Shown here piece by piece: positions 39,346-52,639 of a stretch of DNA of 64,000 nucleotides; position 1 is the stretch's first letter; each line of letters opens with the position of its first letter. Position numbers and translations under genes: made by a program. Origin of the DNA: Pristiophorus japonicus (taxonomy: Eukaryota); the NCBI RefSeq assembly GCF_044704955.1, contig NC_091999.1, forward strand, positions 58,094,001 to 58,158,000. The letters run 5' to 3'. The notes beneath the pieces were generated by a model that was not told the DNA's origin, made no database searches, and was given only the letters and a program-made list of their open reading frames with translations.

Positions 39346-40940
39346 CATCATCATCATCACAGGCAGTCCGTCAAAATCGAGGAAGACATGCTTACACTCT
39401 AAAGGTGAGTTCTTAGGTGACTAAACAATCCAGTACGGGAATTACAGTCTCTTTCACAGGTGGGACAGCCAGTCGTTGAACGAAAGGGTGGGTGGGACTG
39501 GTTTTCTGCATGCTCCTACGCTTGGTTTCTGCATGCTCTCAGCGATGAGACTCGTGGTGCTCAGAGCCCTCCCGGATGCACTTCCTCAACTTAGGGCAGA
39601 CTTTTGACAGGGACGCCTAGGTATTGGGGGGTTGTTGAATTTTATCAAAGAGGCTTTGTGTGTCGATGAAAGGTTTCCTCTGCCCACTGTAGGCTCGCTT
39701 GCCGTGTAGCAGTTCCGAATAGAGCCTTGCTTTGGGAGTCTTGTGTCAGGCATGTGAACAATGTGTCGAGCCAGGGTATCCCTGGAGATTGAGCATGCAG
39801 TGTCCACCGGTAGACTCGTGGCCTTCCATGAGAGGTGAGCACCAGAGAGACTGGAGTGCATCATTCAAGAGGGAACAGAATTGTAATTTTAATTAATTTG
39901 ATTTGATTTGACAAAAGTTACCTTTATGTTGAATTGTTAATTTGTGTTTTTGGTTCCCGAAAAAAAACACAAGTGGGCACTTTAATGAAAGTTTCTGGAG
40001 TGTGACGCCCCTCCCCCCTTTAATCAGGGGGAACTTAATTATTGTTCTACTTAAAATAGTTGTGAACAATGTGGCCCACCCAACGCAGCTGGTCGAGTGT
40101 GGTCAGTGCTTCAATGCTGGGGATGTTGTCTGATCGAGGAATCACCAGGACTGGTTTGATGAGAATGACCAGGAGATCCAAGAGCTAATTAATCAAGCAC
40201 AGTGCAATTCTGAACCTAAAACAACAACCCAACTCGGGAGCAGCAAAGCAGCATTACAGACGGCTTAAGGCCGAGGTCCAAGAAAAAACCTGTGACCTAA
40301 AGCATAGATGGTGGGTGGAGAAATCACAGGAGTTTCAGTAGCTCGCTGACAGCTATGATGTGCGAGAATTCTTCATCGCAGTCAAGGCCCAAGTACTCAA
40401 GGCACCACCCGACTGCTGGCCAAGAATGGTGAAACACTCATCAAGGACACTGAGGCAGCCAGGACCCACTGGAAGGAGCACTTCGAAGATGTCCTTAACC
40501 GAGACTATGCCTTTGACTCGAGTGTCCTCGACTCCATCCTGCAGCATGCTACCCGCCACCATCTCAGCAAAACCTCAGCCCTGCACGAGATAGAAATGGC
40601 CATCCGCCAGCTCAAGTACAACAAGGCAATGGTAACGGATGGAATCCCCACTGAGGCACTAAAGTATGGTGGAGAGGCAATATTGGAATGGATGCAGGAC
40701 CTCATCTCTCTCAGCTGGAAGGAGGAGAGCATGTCTGGAGATCTCAGAGATGCAGTAATCGTGACCATCTTTAACAAAGGGGACAAGTCCGACTGTGGCA
40801 ATTACAGATGAGTATCCCTGTTACCAGCCACTGGGAAAGTCATTGCTAGAATCATCCTCAATCGTCTTCGCCTGTGGCTGAGGAGCTCCTCCTGGAGTCA
40901 CAATGTGGATTTCGTCCTCTACGGAGTACAACGCACATGG
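39346..40940. mobile_element. RTE LINE (3' segment minus 39346-40130, internal segment plus 40130-40940) with nested Tx1 (39766-40060)
   Basis: Mirror of 5160-6756; (CAT)n tail at 39346; TSD TGTGAACAATGTG at 39753-39765 and 40061-40073. Confidence 0.87.
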
Positions 40941-41011
40941 AGTAGATACAGATTAAAGCTCCCTATGCACTGTCTCAGCAGACATTCCCAGGGCACGTAC
41001 AACATGGGTTA

Positions 41012-44000
41012 TGTTATGTATGCAACCCTATGTAACCAGCAATCTACCGCCATCAGAGGGATATCTGTTGGAGTCCCAAGGGATCCCAGCATCTCTTGGG
41101 AACCTGGTATATATGCAGGCCTCCCGTGCTGTACGTGCATTCTGGAGTTGGAAAAAAGAGACCAAGATCACACTTACTCATGTCTACAGTACTCAATCAC
41201 GTTACTTTATTCTGGACATAACAATTGGCGACGAGATAATGAACCATCATGCGAAAATGCAGAGAACTGTTGGTATCCTGGAGAAATTCTCAGAAGGGGA
41301 CGATTGGGAGGTCTTCATGCAGTGACTCGACTAATACTTCATGGCCAACGAGCTGGCAGGGAATGTGAATGTTGCCAAACAAAGGGCGATCCTCCTCACT
41401 CTCTGCGGGGCAACAAACTATAGCCTCATGAAGAATTTTCTTGCTCCGGTGAAACCAACAACCAAATCGTATGAAGAACTGTGTACACTGGTCCAGGAGC
41501 ACCTAAATCCGAAGGAGAGCATTCTGATGGCAAGGTATCGATTTTACACATGTCAACGGTCTGAAGGCCAGGAAGTGGCGAGCTACGTCAGTGAAATAAG
41601 GCACCTTGTAGGACATTGCAAATTTGATGGATGCCAGGAATGAATGCTAAGAGATTTTTTGTGCTTGGCATTGGCCATGAAGATATACTTGGCAAATTAT
41701 TGACTGTTAAAACACCGAAACTGAGCAAAGCCATAACGATAGCCTCGGCATTTATGTCCACCAGCGATAACACCAAACAAGTTTTGCAGCAATCAGAGGT
41801 TTTGGCAAGTACTGTACACAAAGTAACATCGTTTTCAGGCAGGAATGCATATGGCAGAATGTACACGCCTGCAGCTGCATGATCTCAGATGACTCAGAGT
41901 CTGCCATCAAGCGTTAATGCGAGGCAATTAACAGCTTGTTGGCACTGCGGAGGTGATCATCGAGCCCATCAATGTAGCTTCAAACACTATGCGTGCAAAG
42001 GCTGTGGAACAATGGGACACCTCCAGCGAATGTGCAGATGAGCTGCAAACACTGCAAATCACCACATTGCAGTGGTAGACCGATCCATGGTGGATCAAAC
42101 TGAACTAGAGACTCAAACCGAGGAGGCAGAAGTGTACAGGGTACACATCTACATCACGAAATGTCCACCGATCATGTTAAATGTTGAACTGAACGGAATT
42201 CCAGTATCTGTGGAATTGGACATGGGTGCGAGTCAGTCCATCATGAGAAAAGGACCTTCGACAGGCCCAAGCTGAGCCCCATTCACACCAAACTGAAAAC
42301 TTACACGAAAGAGCTGATACCAGTAATTGACAGCACGGTATTAAAAGTCTCTTATAATGGAACATACACGAACTACCACTAAGGATAGTGTCAGGAGCTG
42401 GCCCCACACTGTTTGGCAGAAGCTGGCTGAGAAAAATACGCTGGAGCTGGGATGACATCCGAGCGCTTTCATCCATCGATGACGCCTCATGTGCCCAGGT
42501 TCTGAGCAAGTTTCCATCATTGTTTGAGCCAAGGATCGGAAGTGTCTTGAGGGTGAATGTGCAGATCCACTTGTTTCCCGGTACATGACCCATCCATCAC
42601 AAGGCACGAGCAGTGACATATATGATGCGAGAGAAAGTGGAGAACGATTACGGCAGGCTGCAACGAGAGGGCATCATCGCACTGGTGGAGTTCAACGAGT
42701 GGGCCAGTCAGATTGTTCTGGTTCTCAAGGGCGATGTCATGGTCAAAATTTGCGGGGACTATAAATAATGATTAACCATTTTTCGCTGCAGGACCAGTAT
42801 CCGCAACCCAAGGCAGATGAACTATTTGCGACACTGGCAGGAGGAAAGACATTCACCAAGTTGGACCTGACCTCGGCCCACATGACGCAGGAGCTGGCGG
42901 AATCTTAAAAAGGCCTCACCTGCATCAACACGCTCAAAGGTCTGTTCCTCTACATTAGATGCCCGTTTGGAATTCGATCGACAGTGGCTATTATTCAGAG
43001 GGACATGGAGAGTCTGCTACATTCGGTTCTGCACATCGTGGTTTTCAGGATGATATACTGATCACAGGTCGGGACACCATCGAGCACTTGCAGAACGCGG
43101 AAGAGGTTCTAAGTCGGCTAGATCATGTGGGACTCAGGTTGAAACGCTCGAAGTGTGTTTTCCTGGTGCCAAAGGTCGAGTTCTTAGGGTGAAGAATCGT
43201 GGCAGATGGCATCAGACCACTGACACCGAGACGAAGGCCATCATGAATGCGCCGAGACCACAGAACGTGACGGAGCTGCGGTCGTTCCTGGGTCTCCTCA
43301 ATTATTTTGGTAATTTCCTACCCGGGTTGAGCACCTTGCTAGAACCTCTACACATGTGGCTGCGCAAGTGAGATTATTAGGCATGGGGGAAATCAAAAGA
43401 GACTGATTTTGAGAAAGCCCGAAATCTGTTATGTTCTAACAAACTGCTTGTCCTGTATGATCCATGTAAACGTTTAGTGCTAGCTTGCGATGCATCATTG
43501 TACAGGGTCGGGCGTGTGTTACAATGAGAAAACGAATTGGGAACATTGCAAACGGTCGCCCATGCGTCCAGGAGTTCGTCCAAGGCCGAAAGGACCTACA
43601 GCATGATTGAAAAAGAAGCTCTGGCATTCGTTTACGGGGTGAAAAAATGCACCAGTAGCTGTTTGGGCTTTAGTTCGAGTTAGGAACTCACCATAAGTTG
43701 ATCATATCGCTATTCACAGAGAACAAAGGTATTAAAACCTAAGCTTCTGCTCGCATCCAAATATGGGCGCTCACGCTGTATGCATATAAGTATGTAATTC
43801 ACCACTGGCCAGACACAGAGAACTGCGCTGATGCCCTCAGTTGGCTACTTTTCCCACCACCGGGGTGGAAATGGCGCAGCCTGCAGACTTGCTCTTGGGG
43901 ATGAATGCATTTGAAAATGAAAAGTCACCCGTTTTGGCCAACAGATGAGGACCTGGAACAGCCAGGATCCTTTACTGTCCCTTGTAAAAACTGTGTCCTC

Positions 44001-45439
44001 CAGCGGAGATGCATGAAGAGATCAAGCAGTTCCAGCAGCAAAAAGACGAAATGTCCAGACAGACTGACTGTCTTTTGTGGGGTAATCACGTGGTTTTGCC
44101 CAAGCAAGGCAGACAAATGTTCAAACCTCAACAACACTGTGCCCACCCAGGCATAGTAATGATGAAAGCTGTAGCCAGACCCAATGTGTGGAGGCCCGAT
44201 ATCGACTCAGATTTGGAGTCTTGCGTGCGCCAATGCACCACTTGCTCGCAACTGAGCAATGCACCCAGGGCACCCAAGTTAGCGGTCATGGCCCTCAAAA
44301 CCGTGGTCTAGGATCCACGTTGACTTTGCTGGCCCATTTCGAGGCAAAATGTTCTTTGTTCTTGTGGATGTTTATTCTAACTGGATTGAGTGTGTAATAA
44401 TGTCTGTAAGCACATCCACTGCCACCCTCAAAAACCTACGAGCCATGCAAGGCCTGCCTGATATTCTTATCAGCGACAACGGGCCATGCTTCACCAGCGC
44501 TGAATTCAAGGAATTCATGACACGTAATGGGATCAAGCACATCATATCTGCCCCGTTCAAGCCCGCATCCAATGGCCAGACAGAACGTGCAGTCCAAACC
44601 ATCAAGCAAAGCTTGAAACACATGTAAAAAGGCTCCGTACAGACCCACCTGTCCCGAGTCCTGCTCAGCCACTGCACCAGACACCATTCTCTCACCGGGG
44701 TTCCCCAGCTGAGCTGCTCCTGAAAAGGGTTCTCAAAACAAGGCTTTCTCTCGTTCACCCTGATATCCATGATCAAGTCGAGGGCAGGCGGCATCAACAA
44801 AGCATTTACCGTGATCGCACAGATTTGTAACGCAATATTGAAGGCAATGACCCAATATTTGTACTCAACTATGGACATGGTCACAAATAGCTTGCTGGCA
44901 CTGTCATAGCCAAAGAAGGGAGGAGGGTGTTTCAGGTCAAACTTGCAGAAAGCATTTGGACCAAACCAAACTGCGATTGACAGACAGCCACAAGCAACCA
45001 ACATCGACCCTCCGACACACACACAAGTGTCAACCAACATCATGGCTGACGACGAAGCTGAACTCATCATCCCCAGCAGCCCAGCAAGGTCAGCTGCGCA
45101 GCAGACCAGCGAAGAACCAACCAACTCACCTGCACCTGCATTTGTACTGAGACGATCGACTTGGGAGCGAAAAGCTCCAGATCATCTCAACTTGCAAATA
45201 AGTGTACTATTAACTTTGGGAGGGAGTGATGTTATGTGTGCAACCCTATTTAACCAGAATTCTACCACCACCACAGGGCGTATCTGTTGGAGTCCCAAGG
45301 GATCCCAGCGTCCCTTGGGAGCACTGTATATAAGCAGACCTTCCATGTTGTACGTGCACTCTGAAGTTCGAATAAAGAGACAATTCACATGTACTCACGT
45401 CTACAGTACTCAATCACATTACTTTTTCAGGACTTAACA
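41012..45439 (+). mobile_element. Full-length decayed Mag-like Ty3/Gypsy element (copy 2, made by segmental duplication)
   Basis: LTRs 41012-41223 and 45230-45439; TSD GGTTA/TGTTA; PBS TGGCGACGAG 41226-41235; Gag knuckles CWHCGGDHRAHQC and CKGCGTMGHLQRMC (CX2CX3HX4C + CX2CX4HX4C); LDMGAS protease, FQDD RT, integrase core; PPT GGGAGGGAGTGA. Confidence 0.95.
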
Positions 45440-45444
45440 TGTTA

Positions 45445-45764
45445 AATATAGAATAAAGCTCCCTCTATACTGTTCCACCAAACGTTTCCAGTGCAAGTAC
45501 AGCACAGGTTAGACACAGACTACATCTCCCTCTAACTTGTCCCAGCCATTCCAGGGCAGATACAGCACCTGTTAGATGTAGAGAAAATCTCCCTCTATAC
45601 TGTTCCAGCGGATATTCGCGGGGCAGGTGTAGCACGGGTGAGATACAGAGTAAAGCTCCCTCTACACTGTCCCATCAAACACTCCCAGGACAGATACAGC
45701 ATGGGTTAGAGACAGAGTAATGTTTCCTCTAAACTGTCTCATTAACCATTCCCTGGGCAGGTAC
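45445..45764 (-). repeat. 67-bp minisatellite
   Basis: Mirror of 320-645. Confidence 0.88.
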
Positions 45765-46408
45765 AATCAAACTCATGGTCTACTGGGCTGTAGGAATACA
45801 CGCCCTCCTGTATGGCTCAGAGGCATGGACAATGTACAGTTTTTCTCGCTGGAGATATATCACCAACTATGTCTCCGCAAAATCCTACAAATCACCTGGC
45901 AGTACAGGCACACCAACATCAGCGTCCTCGTCCAGGCTAACGTCCCCAGCATTGAAGCACTGACCACACTCGTTTAGCTCCGCTACGCAGACCACATAGT
46001 TCGCATGCCAGACACGAGACTCCCAAAGCAAGTGCTCTATGCGGAGCTTCTTCACTGAAAATGAGCCAAAGGTGGGCAGAGGAAACGTTACAAGGATACC
46101 CTCAAAGCCTCCCTGATAAAGTGCGTGATCCCCACTGACATCTGGGAGTCCCTTGCCAAAGACCTCCCTAAGTGGAGGAAGTGCATCCGGGAGTCTCATC
46201 GCCAAGGGCATGCAGAAAACAAGTGCAGGTAGTGGAAAGAGCGTGCTGCACCCAACCACCCCTTCCTTCAACGACTATCTGTTCCACCTGTGACAGAGTC
46301 TGTGGCTCTCGTATTAGAATGTTCAGCCACCAAATAACTCACTTCAGGTGTGGAAGCAAGTCTTCCTCGATTCCGAGGGACTGCCTATGATGATGATGAT
46401 GATGATGA
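45765..46408 (+). mobile_element. 5'-truncated RTE LINE with (GAT)n tail
   Basis: LLYGSEAWTMY, CLRKILQITW, GGQRKRYKDTLKASL, CSTCDRVCGSRI motifs; ATGATGATG tail 46387-46408. Confidence 0.9.
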
Positions 46409-47035
46409 CAACACAGGTTAGATACAGAGTAAAGCTCCATCTACAATGTCTCACCAGACATTCCCAGGAAGATACAGCCTTGGATATTGAAGGTTAACTC
46501 ACCCTCTAGCCTGTCCCAAACAGTCCCAGGGCAGGTACAGCATTGGTTAGATACAGAGTTAATCACCCTCTACACTGTCCCATCAATCATTCGCACAATA
46601 GGCACAACATGGGTTTGTCAGAGAGTAAAGCTCCTCATAGACTGATCCATTAAACACTCCCATCGCAGTTACGGCATGGATTAGATATAGAGTACAACTC
46701 CTGCGACATTGTCCCATCAAACACTCCCAGCGCAGGTACAGTACAGGTTACATACGCTGTAAAACTCCCCCGACACTGTCCCTCAAACACTTCCAGGACA
46801 GATAAAGCACGGGTTAGATACAGAGTAAATCTCCCTCTACACCATCCCATCAAACACACCCAGAGGAGGAACAACGTGGGTTAGATACTGAGTAAAGTTC
46901 ACCCTACACTATCCTATCAAACACTCCGTGGAAAGATGCAGCATGGATTAGATAAGAGAAAAAAGCTTGCTCTGCAGTATCCCATCAGGAACTGCCAGGG
47001 CAGGTACTGCACACGTTAGACAGAAAGGTTTACGC
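46409..47035 (-). repeat. 67-bp minisatellite (degenerate)
   Basis: About 9 copies of GGTTAGATACAGAGTAAAGCTCCCTCTACACTGTCCCATCAAACACTCCCAGG-like units. Confidence 0.88.
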
Positions 47036-47049
47036 TGGGTTTTCAAGAA

Positions 47050-47340
47050 CTTGGGGCCTGGACAACAGAAGGCACAGCCACCAATTATAATCAGAGATGC
47101 TCAGGAAGATAGATATCTCATGGGTGGGCGACGGGGGGGTGGGGGTGGAGTTAGCGGTGTGGTGCTGGTTGGGGCTGGAGGAGTTTACAGAGCTCGGGAG
47201 GGGCGAGGCCATGGAGTGTTTTGAAAATAAGTATTAGAATTTTGAAATCAAGGCGTTGCTGAACCAGAAACCAATGTTGTTCAGCGAGCAGAGGGCTGAT
47301 GGGTGAGCTGGACTTGGTGAGAGTTTGGGGTTTGATATAA
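47050..47340 (-). mobile_element. L2-like LINE 3' fragment
   Basis: GGGGCGAGGCCATGGAG...TTTTGAAATCAAGGCGTTGC; reverse strand resembles the L2 RT C-terminal LDFKIL..FK.LHGLAP motif. Confidence 0.6.
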
Positions 47341-47754
47341 TAGAAGGTGAAAGGGGTGAGAAGTGATATAAGTTAGATTAAGAAAAAGCACTAAAATGGA
47401 AGTCGGTAACAGAACATCAATTAGTCTCCTCTGATCATGGAGGAATCAAATATTCGACACACTGTGTTTGAAACGAAGATAATTTGTCAACATTTGTACA
47501 AGATATTAATCTCCAGCCCATATATATAGGTTATTAATATAATCAGAAACAAACAAGAGCTGCCAGAATGAATATGGTTCAGTGCCCAAAGCAATCCCAG
47601 TAAATCCTGTTGTATTTACAAATGCAGCCATTCTCCTCAGACCATTTAAAAATGAGATGACGAGGAATTTCTTCTTGCAAATCTGTGGCATTCTCTGCCC
47701 CAGAGAGCTGTGGAGGCTGGATCATTGAATAAATTTAAGGCGGAGATAGACAAG

Positions 47755-50700
47755 TTTAACAGAGATGCTCACAATCAGGAAGGCTTTAGATTGAGTCAGG
47801 GAACAGAGTGGTTATGCTCACAATCAGAAAATGGTTACAGTACGGAAGGTCATTCGGCCCGTCGAGCCCTTGCCGGCTCCCAGCTAGTCCCACAGCCACG
47901 CCTTTTCCCCCCGGCCCTGAAAATATTTTCTTTCAGATACTTATCCAATTCCCTTTTGAAATCTGTGATTGAGTCTGCCTCCACCATCCTTTCAGGCCGT
48001 GCATTCCAGATCCTGATGATTCATAGCATGAAATAGATTTTTCTTACATCGCCTTTAGTTCTTCTGCTCATCCACCTTAAATCCGTCTCCTCTGGTTCTT
48101 GAACCTTCCACCAATGGGAAAAGTATCTCTCGATCTACTCTGTCCGGACCCCTCATGATTTTGAACATCTCTATCAATTCTCCTCTCAACGTTCTCTGCT
48201 CCAAGAAGAACAACCCCAGATTCTCCAGTCAAGTCACGTAACTGAAGTCCCTCATCTCGTGAATCATTCTTGTCAATCTCTTCTGCATCCTCTCTTAGGG
48301 TATCCCATCCCAAAGGGCGGTGCCCAGAATTGGACACTTGAGGCCGAACCAGTGTTTTACAAAGGTTCATCATAACCTCCTTGCTTTTGTACTCTATGAT
48401 GCCCAGGATCCTGTAAGGTTTTTTTAACTGCTTTCCCAACCTGTCCTGCCACCTTCAGCGATTTGTTCACATATACCCGCAGGTATCACTGTTCATGCAT
48501 TAGCTTTAGGATTGTACCCTTTAGTTTATATTGCCTCTCCTCGTTCATTAAATCATGCTTTTCTAATTTTATTTCTTCACTCAGATTCACGGCCTCATTT
48601 TATTTCTTCCTCCGAGCCCTTCAACTAAATCTGGCAGTGGGAGGTTGGCGAGTGGTGATTGATTGCCCTGGGAACCAACAGGAAGAGAGGTCAGAAGCCG
48701 GAGGGCCCAGGGAGCAGCGTGTTCTGCAACCAATCGGGGTTCTTGAGGGGTGGATCCTGAGTCGGCCTGTCAGGTGAGTATGTGTCAACCCCTGTTCAAC
48801 AATTTATCTTTTAAAAGCTAAATCGAGATTTATTTTGTCAACAAAACAGTTTAACATCTGTCAGTATTTTATTTCCATTTATGAGTTCCTATCATGAGTT
48901 TCAGACACTTCAGTGCCAAGTGGACCAGGTATTTAAAGGTCATTCATTTCCCTCTTTCCATGTCGCTGTTAGTTAAAGGGACAGAGATTGATTTCCTCTC
49001 ATTATGCATTTGTAGTAGTTAACGTAACATCCTTCCTGTTGGTAGTGAGTCACATTCTGTACTGGGCGTGATGGCTGGTGGCATCAGCCTTTAAAATACG
49101 CATTCTCTTGTTCAAATCTCTCCAGGGTCTCACCCGTCTCTATCTCTGTAACCTCCTCCAATCCATCAACCCACTTAATGGTTTGTTTTCTTTGGAACAG
49201 AGGAGGCTGAGGGCAGACGTTAATGAGGTGTATAAAATTATGAGGAGCCGAGATAGAGTGGATAGGAAGGACCTATTTCCCTTCACAGAGGGGTCAGCAA
49301 CCAGCTGAACCTTTTAACTAGTACTTAGCAAGCCCAGCAAGAGAGGGGTATGTTCTTGACTTAGTATTAGGGACTGAAGCTGGGCAGGTGGAAGGGGTAG
49401 CAGTGGGTGAGCATTGGTGTTAGTGATCGTAATTCAGTTAGATTTAGGGTAGTTATGGAAAAGGACAAAGATAGACCAGGAATAAAAGATCTCAATTGGG
49501 GAAACGCCAATTTTACTGAGCTGAGATGTGGTTTAGCCAAAGTGGACTGGAAACAGCTACTTGAAATGGTGAGAGATTGGGAAATGTTGGTGTTCAGAGG
49601 GATCTTGGTGTCCTTGTACACGAATCACTGAAAGGTATTTTGCAGGTACTGCAAGCAATTAAGAAACCAAATGGTATGTTTTTTATTACAAGAGGATTTG
49701 AAGATAATAGTAAACATAAGAACATAAGAAATAGGAACTGGAGTAGGCCAGACGGCCCATAGAGCCTGCTCTGCAATTCAATAAGATCTTGGCTTTTCTG
49801 ATCATAGACTCAGCTCCACTTACCCGCCCGCTCTCCATAACCCCTTATCCCCTTATCATTGAAGAAACTATTTCTGTCCTAAATTTATTTAATGTCCCAG
49901 CTTCCACAGCTCTCTGAGGCAGCAAGTTCTGCCGATTTACAACCCTCTGAGAGAAGAAATTCCTCCTCATCTGTTTTAAATGGGCGGCCCCTTCTTCTAA
50001 GATCTTGCCCTCTAGTTCGAGTCTCCCCCATCAGTGCAAACATCAGCTCTGCATCCACCTTGTCAAGACCGCTCATAATCTTAAACGTTTCGATAGATCA
50101 CCTCTCATTCTTCTGAATTCCAATGAGTAGAGGCCCAAACTACTCAACCTTTCCTCATAAGTCAACCTGCTCATCCCTAATATCAACCTTGTGAACCTTC
50201 TCTGAACTGCCTCCAAAGCAATTATATCCTTTCTTAAATATGGAAACCAAAACTGCACGCAGTTTTCCAGGAGTGGCCTCACCAAAACCTTTTATAACTG
50301 CAGCAAAACTTCCCCACTTTTATACTCCATCCCCTTTGAAATAAAGGTCAAGATACCATTGGCCTTCCTGATCACTTGCTGTACCTGCACACTATCCTTT
50401 TGTGTTTCATGGACAAGTAACCCCAGGTCCTGCTGTACTGCGGCACTTTGCAATCTTTCTCCATTTAAATAATAACTTGCTCTTGGGCGTTTTACTGCAA
50501 TTATATAGGACCCTGGTGAGACGACACCTGGAGTATTGTGTACAGTTTTGATTGCTTACCTAAGGACGGATGTACTTGCCATTGAGGATGGCAACGAAGG
50601 TTCACCTGACTGATTCCTGGGATGGGGGTATTGTCCTGTGAGGAGAGATTGAGTAGACTAAGCCTATATTCTCTACAGTTTAGAAGAATGAGAGGTGATC

Positions 50701-50775
50701 TCATTTTAAAACAAACAAAATTCTTATTGGGCTTGACAGGGTAGATCAGGGGTGTCAAACATATGGCCTGTGGGC
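47755..50775 (+). repeat. Direct segmental duplicate of ~8917-11915 (block B'; CR1 mosaic ending at the hAT end)
   Basis: Colinear match from GTTTAACAG..TGCTCACAATCAGGAAGGC to CAGGGGTGTCAAACATATGG, with the same nested CR1 junctions. Confidence 0.95.
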
Positions 50776-51159
50776 CCCCCCATGCCCTAACCGGCCCGCC
50801 ATGAGTTTTAATTTGTACGAGCCCTCCCCCTGCGCTGCCCGGATCTTTTGCTTGCGAACTGGAACACAACCTGAATTTATCGGCCGTCATGGAACAGGAT
50901 AGGGGCGGCTGAGGCACGGGGAAGGTCAGTCGGTGTCCAAGGGGAGCAATTCTGGGACAATGAGGGCTCTCACACGGACTGTCAATGGGAGATAAACTTT
51001 GAGTGAGGCAGTGAGTAGATAAATACCAAGAGAGAGGGGGAGGAGTGTCGCATGAACTCCAGGTGATTTAACAGATGATGAGGGTTAGTGCAGGGTAGGT
51101 AGTGAGGGGGTTGTGTTCCTGCACTTCTCCCCCCCTCCTCGGCCCCAGCGAGGCGCTGC

Positions 51160-51331
51160 TTTTAAAATTCTCAGCCTCGTGTTCAAATCCCTCGATGGCC
51201 CCGCCCCATCTATCTCTAACCTCCTCCAGCCCCGACACCCCTCCCTATTTCTGTAACCTCCTCCAGCCCTACACCCCTCCCTATCTCTCTAACCTCCACG
51301 GGCCCCTACACCTCTCCCTATCTCTCTAACC
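51160..51331 (+). repeat. ~35-bp L2-derived minisatellite (CCCTATCTCTGTAACCTCCTCCAGCCCTACACCCCT-like)
   Basis: About 4 tandem copies; the same motif occurs once at ~10288. Confidence 0.7.
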
Positions 51332-51332
51332 T

Positions 51333-51850
51333 TGTTAGGGTTAACTTCAAACCACCACTCGGATTCTGTTAGCCTTAAACTAAATGCAGGTTTTATTAAT
51401 ACAAGCCGGCAGGGGAGCTATCCTTGAAAGAATGCTCGAAGATACTGCCAGAGACAACTTACATTATACAGTTTCAAATTATCGCATTACGTAATTACGC
51501 AAGTTACAATTAATAAATGCTGATTAATACATGAATGATTGGTTCAGCGATTCCTCCAATCTGGCTTCTATATGCCTTAATTGGGAAAACCAAACACATG
51601 TTGTTATGATTCTTTTTATTTAACTTTTATCTTGCTATACAATTCAAATTCTATGTTATCTGTGTCCGTGCCCAGCTCCCTTTGGTCTATGAATTGGAAC
51701 ATCTGCTCCTCTGTGGTAGGCATCCCACACATGCTTCCCACAATCTGAAAAACAGGCTGTGGGTTCCATTTTAAAAACCTGTTAACTCCATTTTAAAACA
51801 TCGCAATTATTATTATTAGTTGTAATTACAATTTCTAATCTGCCCTTTCA
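51333..51850 (-). mobile_element. Endogenous retrovirus 3' LTR (~518 bp)
   Basis: Minus strand starts TGAAAGGG right after the purine tract GGGACCAACAGGAGGGAC and ends CCCTAACA; AATAAA about 60 bp from its 3' end. Confidence 0.7.
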
Positions 51851-52639
51851 GTCCCTCCTGTTGGTCCCTGATTATTTCTAAATAATCAGCTGAGCACATA
51901 TATGTTCTGAGCCTTCTGCTGGAAATGGTGATATCAAGTTCATATCCCTGGGATCGCTCGTAGTTCCATCTTTTGCGGAGTCTTTACATACTACCCTTGA
52001 CCATTTCCCTGGGATATTGGCACGCCACTTATATTTATTTTTGTACAGGCAGTGCATAAGCTCGGGGTCTTGGTTGTTTCCCTAATGCGTTACAAAATCA
52101 TTCGCCTCCCCTATCATGCCTACATTACATAATTAACTAGGCTGTTTGCTGTTCGGCTAGAACCACGTGGTTGTATTTCTCTCTGATCTGACACATCAGA
52201 TATAGTTGGATCACGATACATATCACTTCCACTACCATTATTACCTCAATTGAATGCCACTTCAATTTGAGGACTGCGTAGGCTTCAGGTGACCAGCCCT
52301 TAAACATATCGCACGATGAACAACACTTTTGCTTTCCCTGCCTTATTCTGTCTTGATTCGTGTGTCTCCTGCCTCGGTTTCGTTGATCAGGCGATCGGAT
52401 TGGGACACTCATGACTCAGATCAGGTATTCATGCCGTCTTTTTGTTTGATTAACCTTCTTTGGATCTAGCAAAGGCTTTCTGCGTTCTTGATTACGGGCC
52501 TTGGCCAACCTATTCTTTCTGCGTCTCTTGTATCTGCCTCCACAGTCTCCCAGGAGCATCAGCAACACTATCAGCTGCACTAGGACTAACACATTGGATA
52601 TAATTATAATCCCTATCTTCCAACTTTGCTCGGGTAAGC

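Larger units (their letters stand above)
38079..46077 (-). repeat. Inverted segmental duplicate of 1-7958 (block A')
   Basis: Colinear reverse-complement match throughout (7959 to 38078, 1 to 46077), including identical TE insertion sites; roughly 90% identity by eye. Confidence 0.97.
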
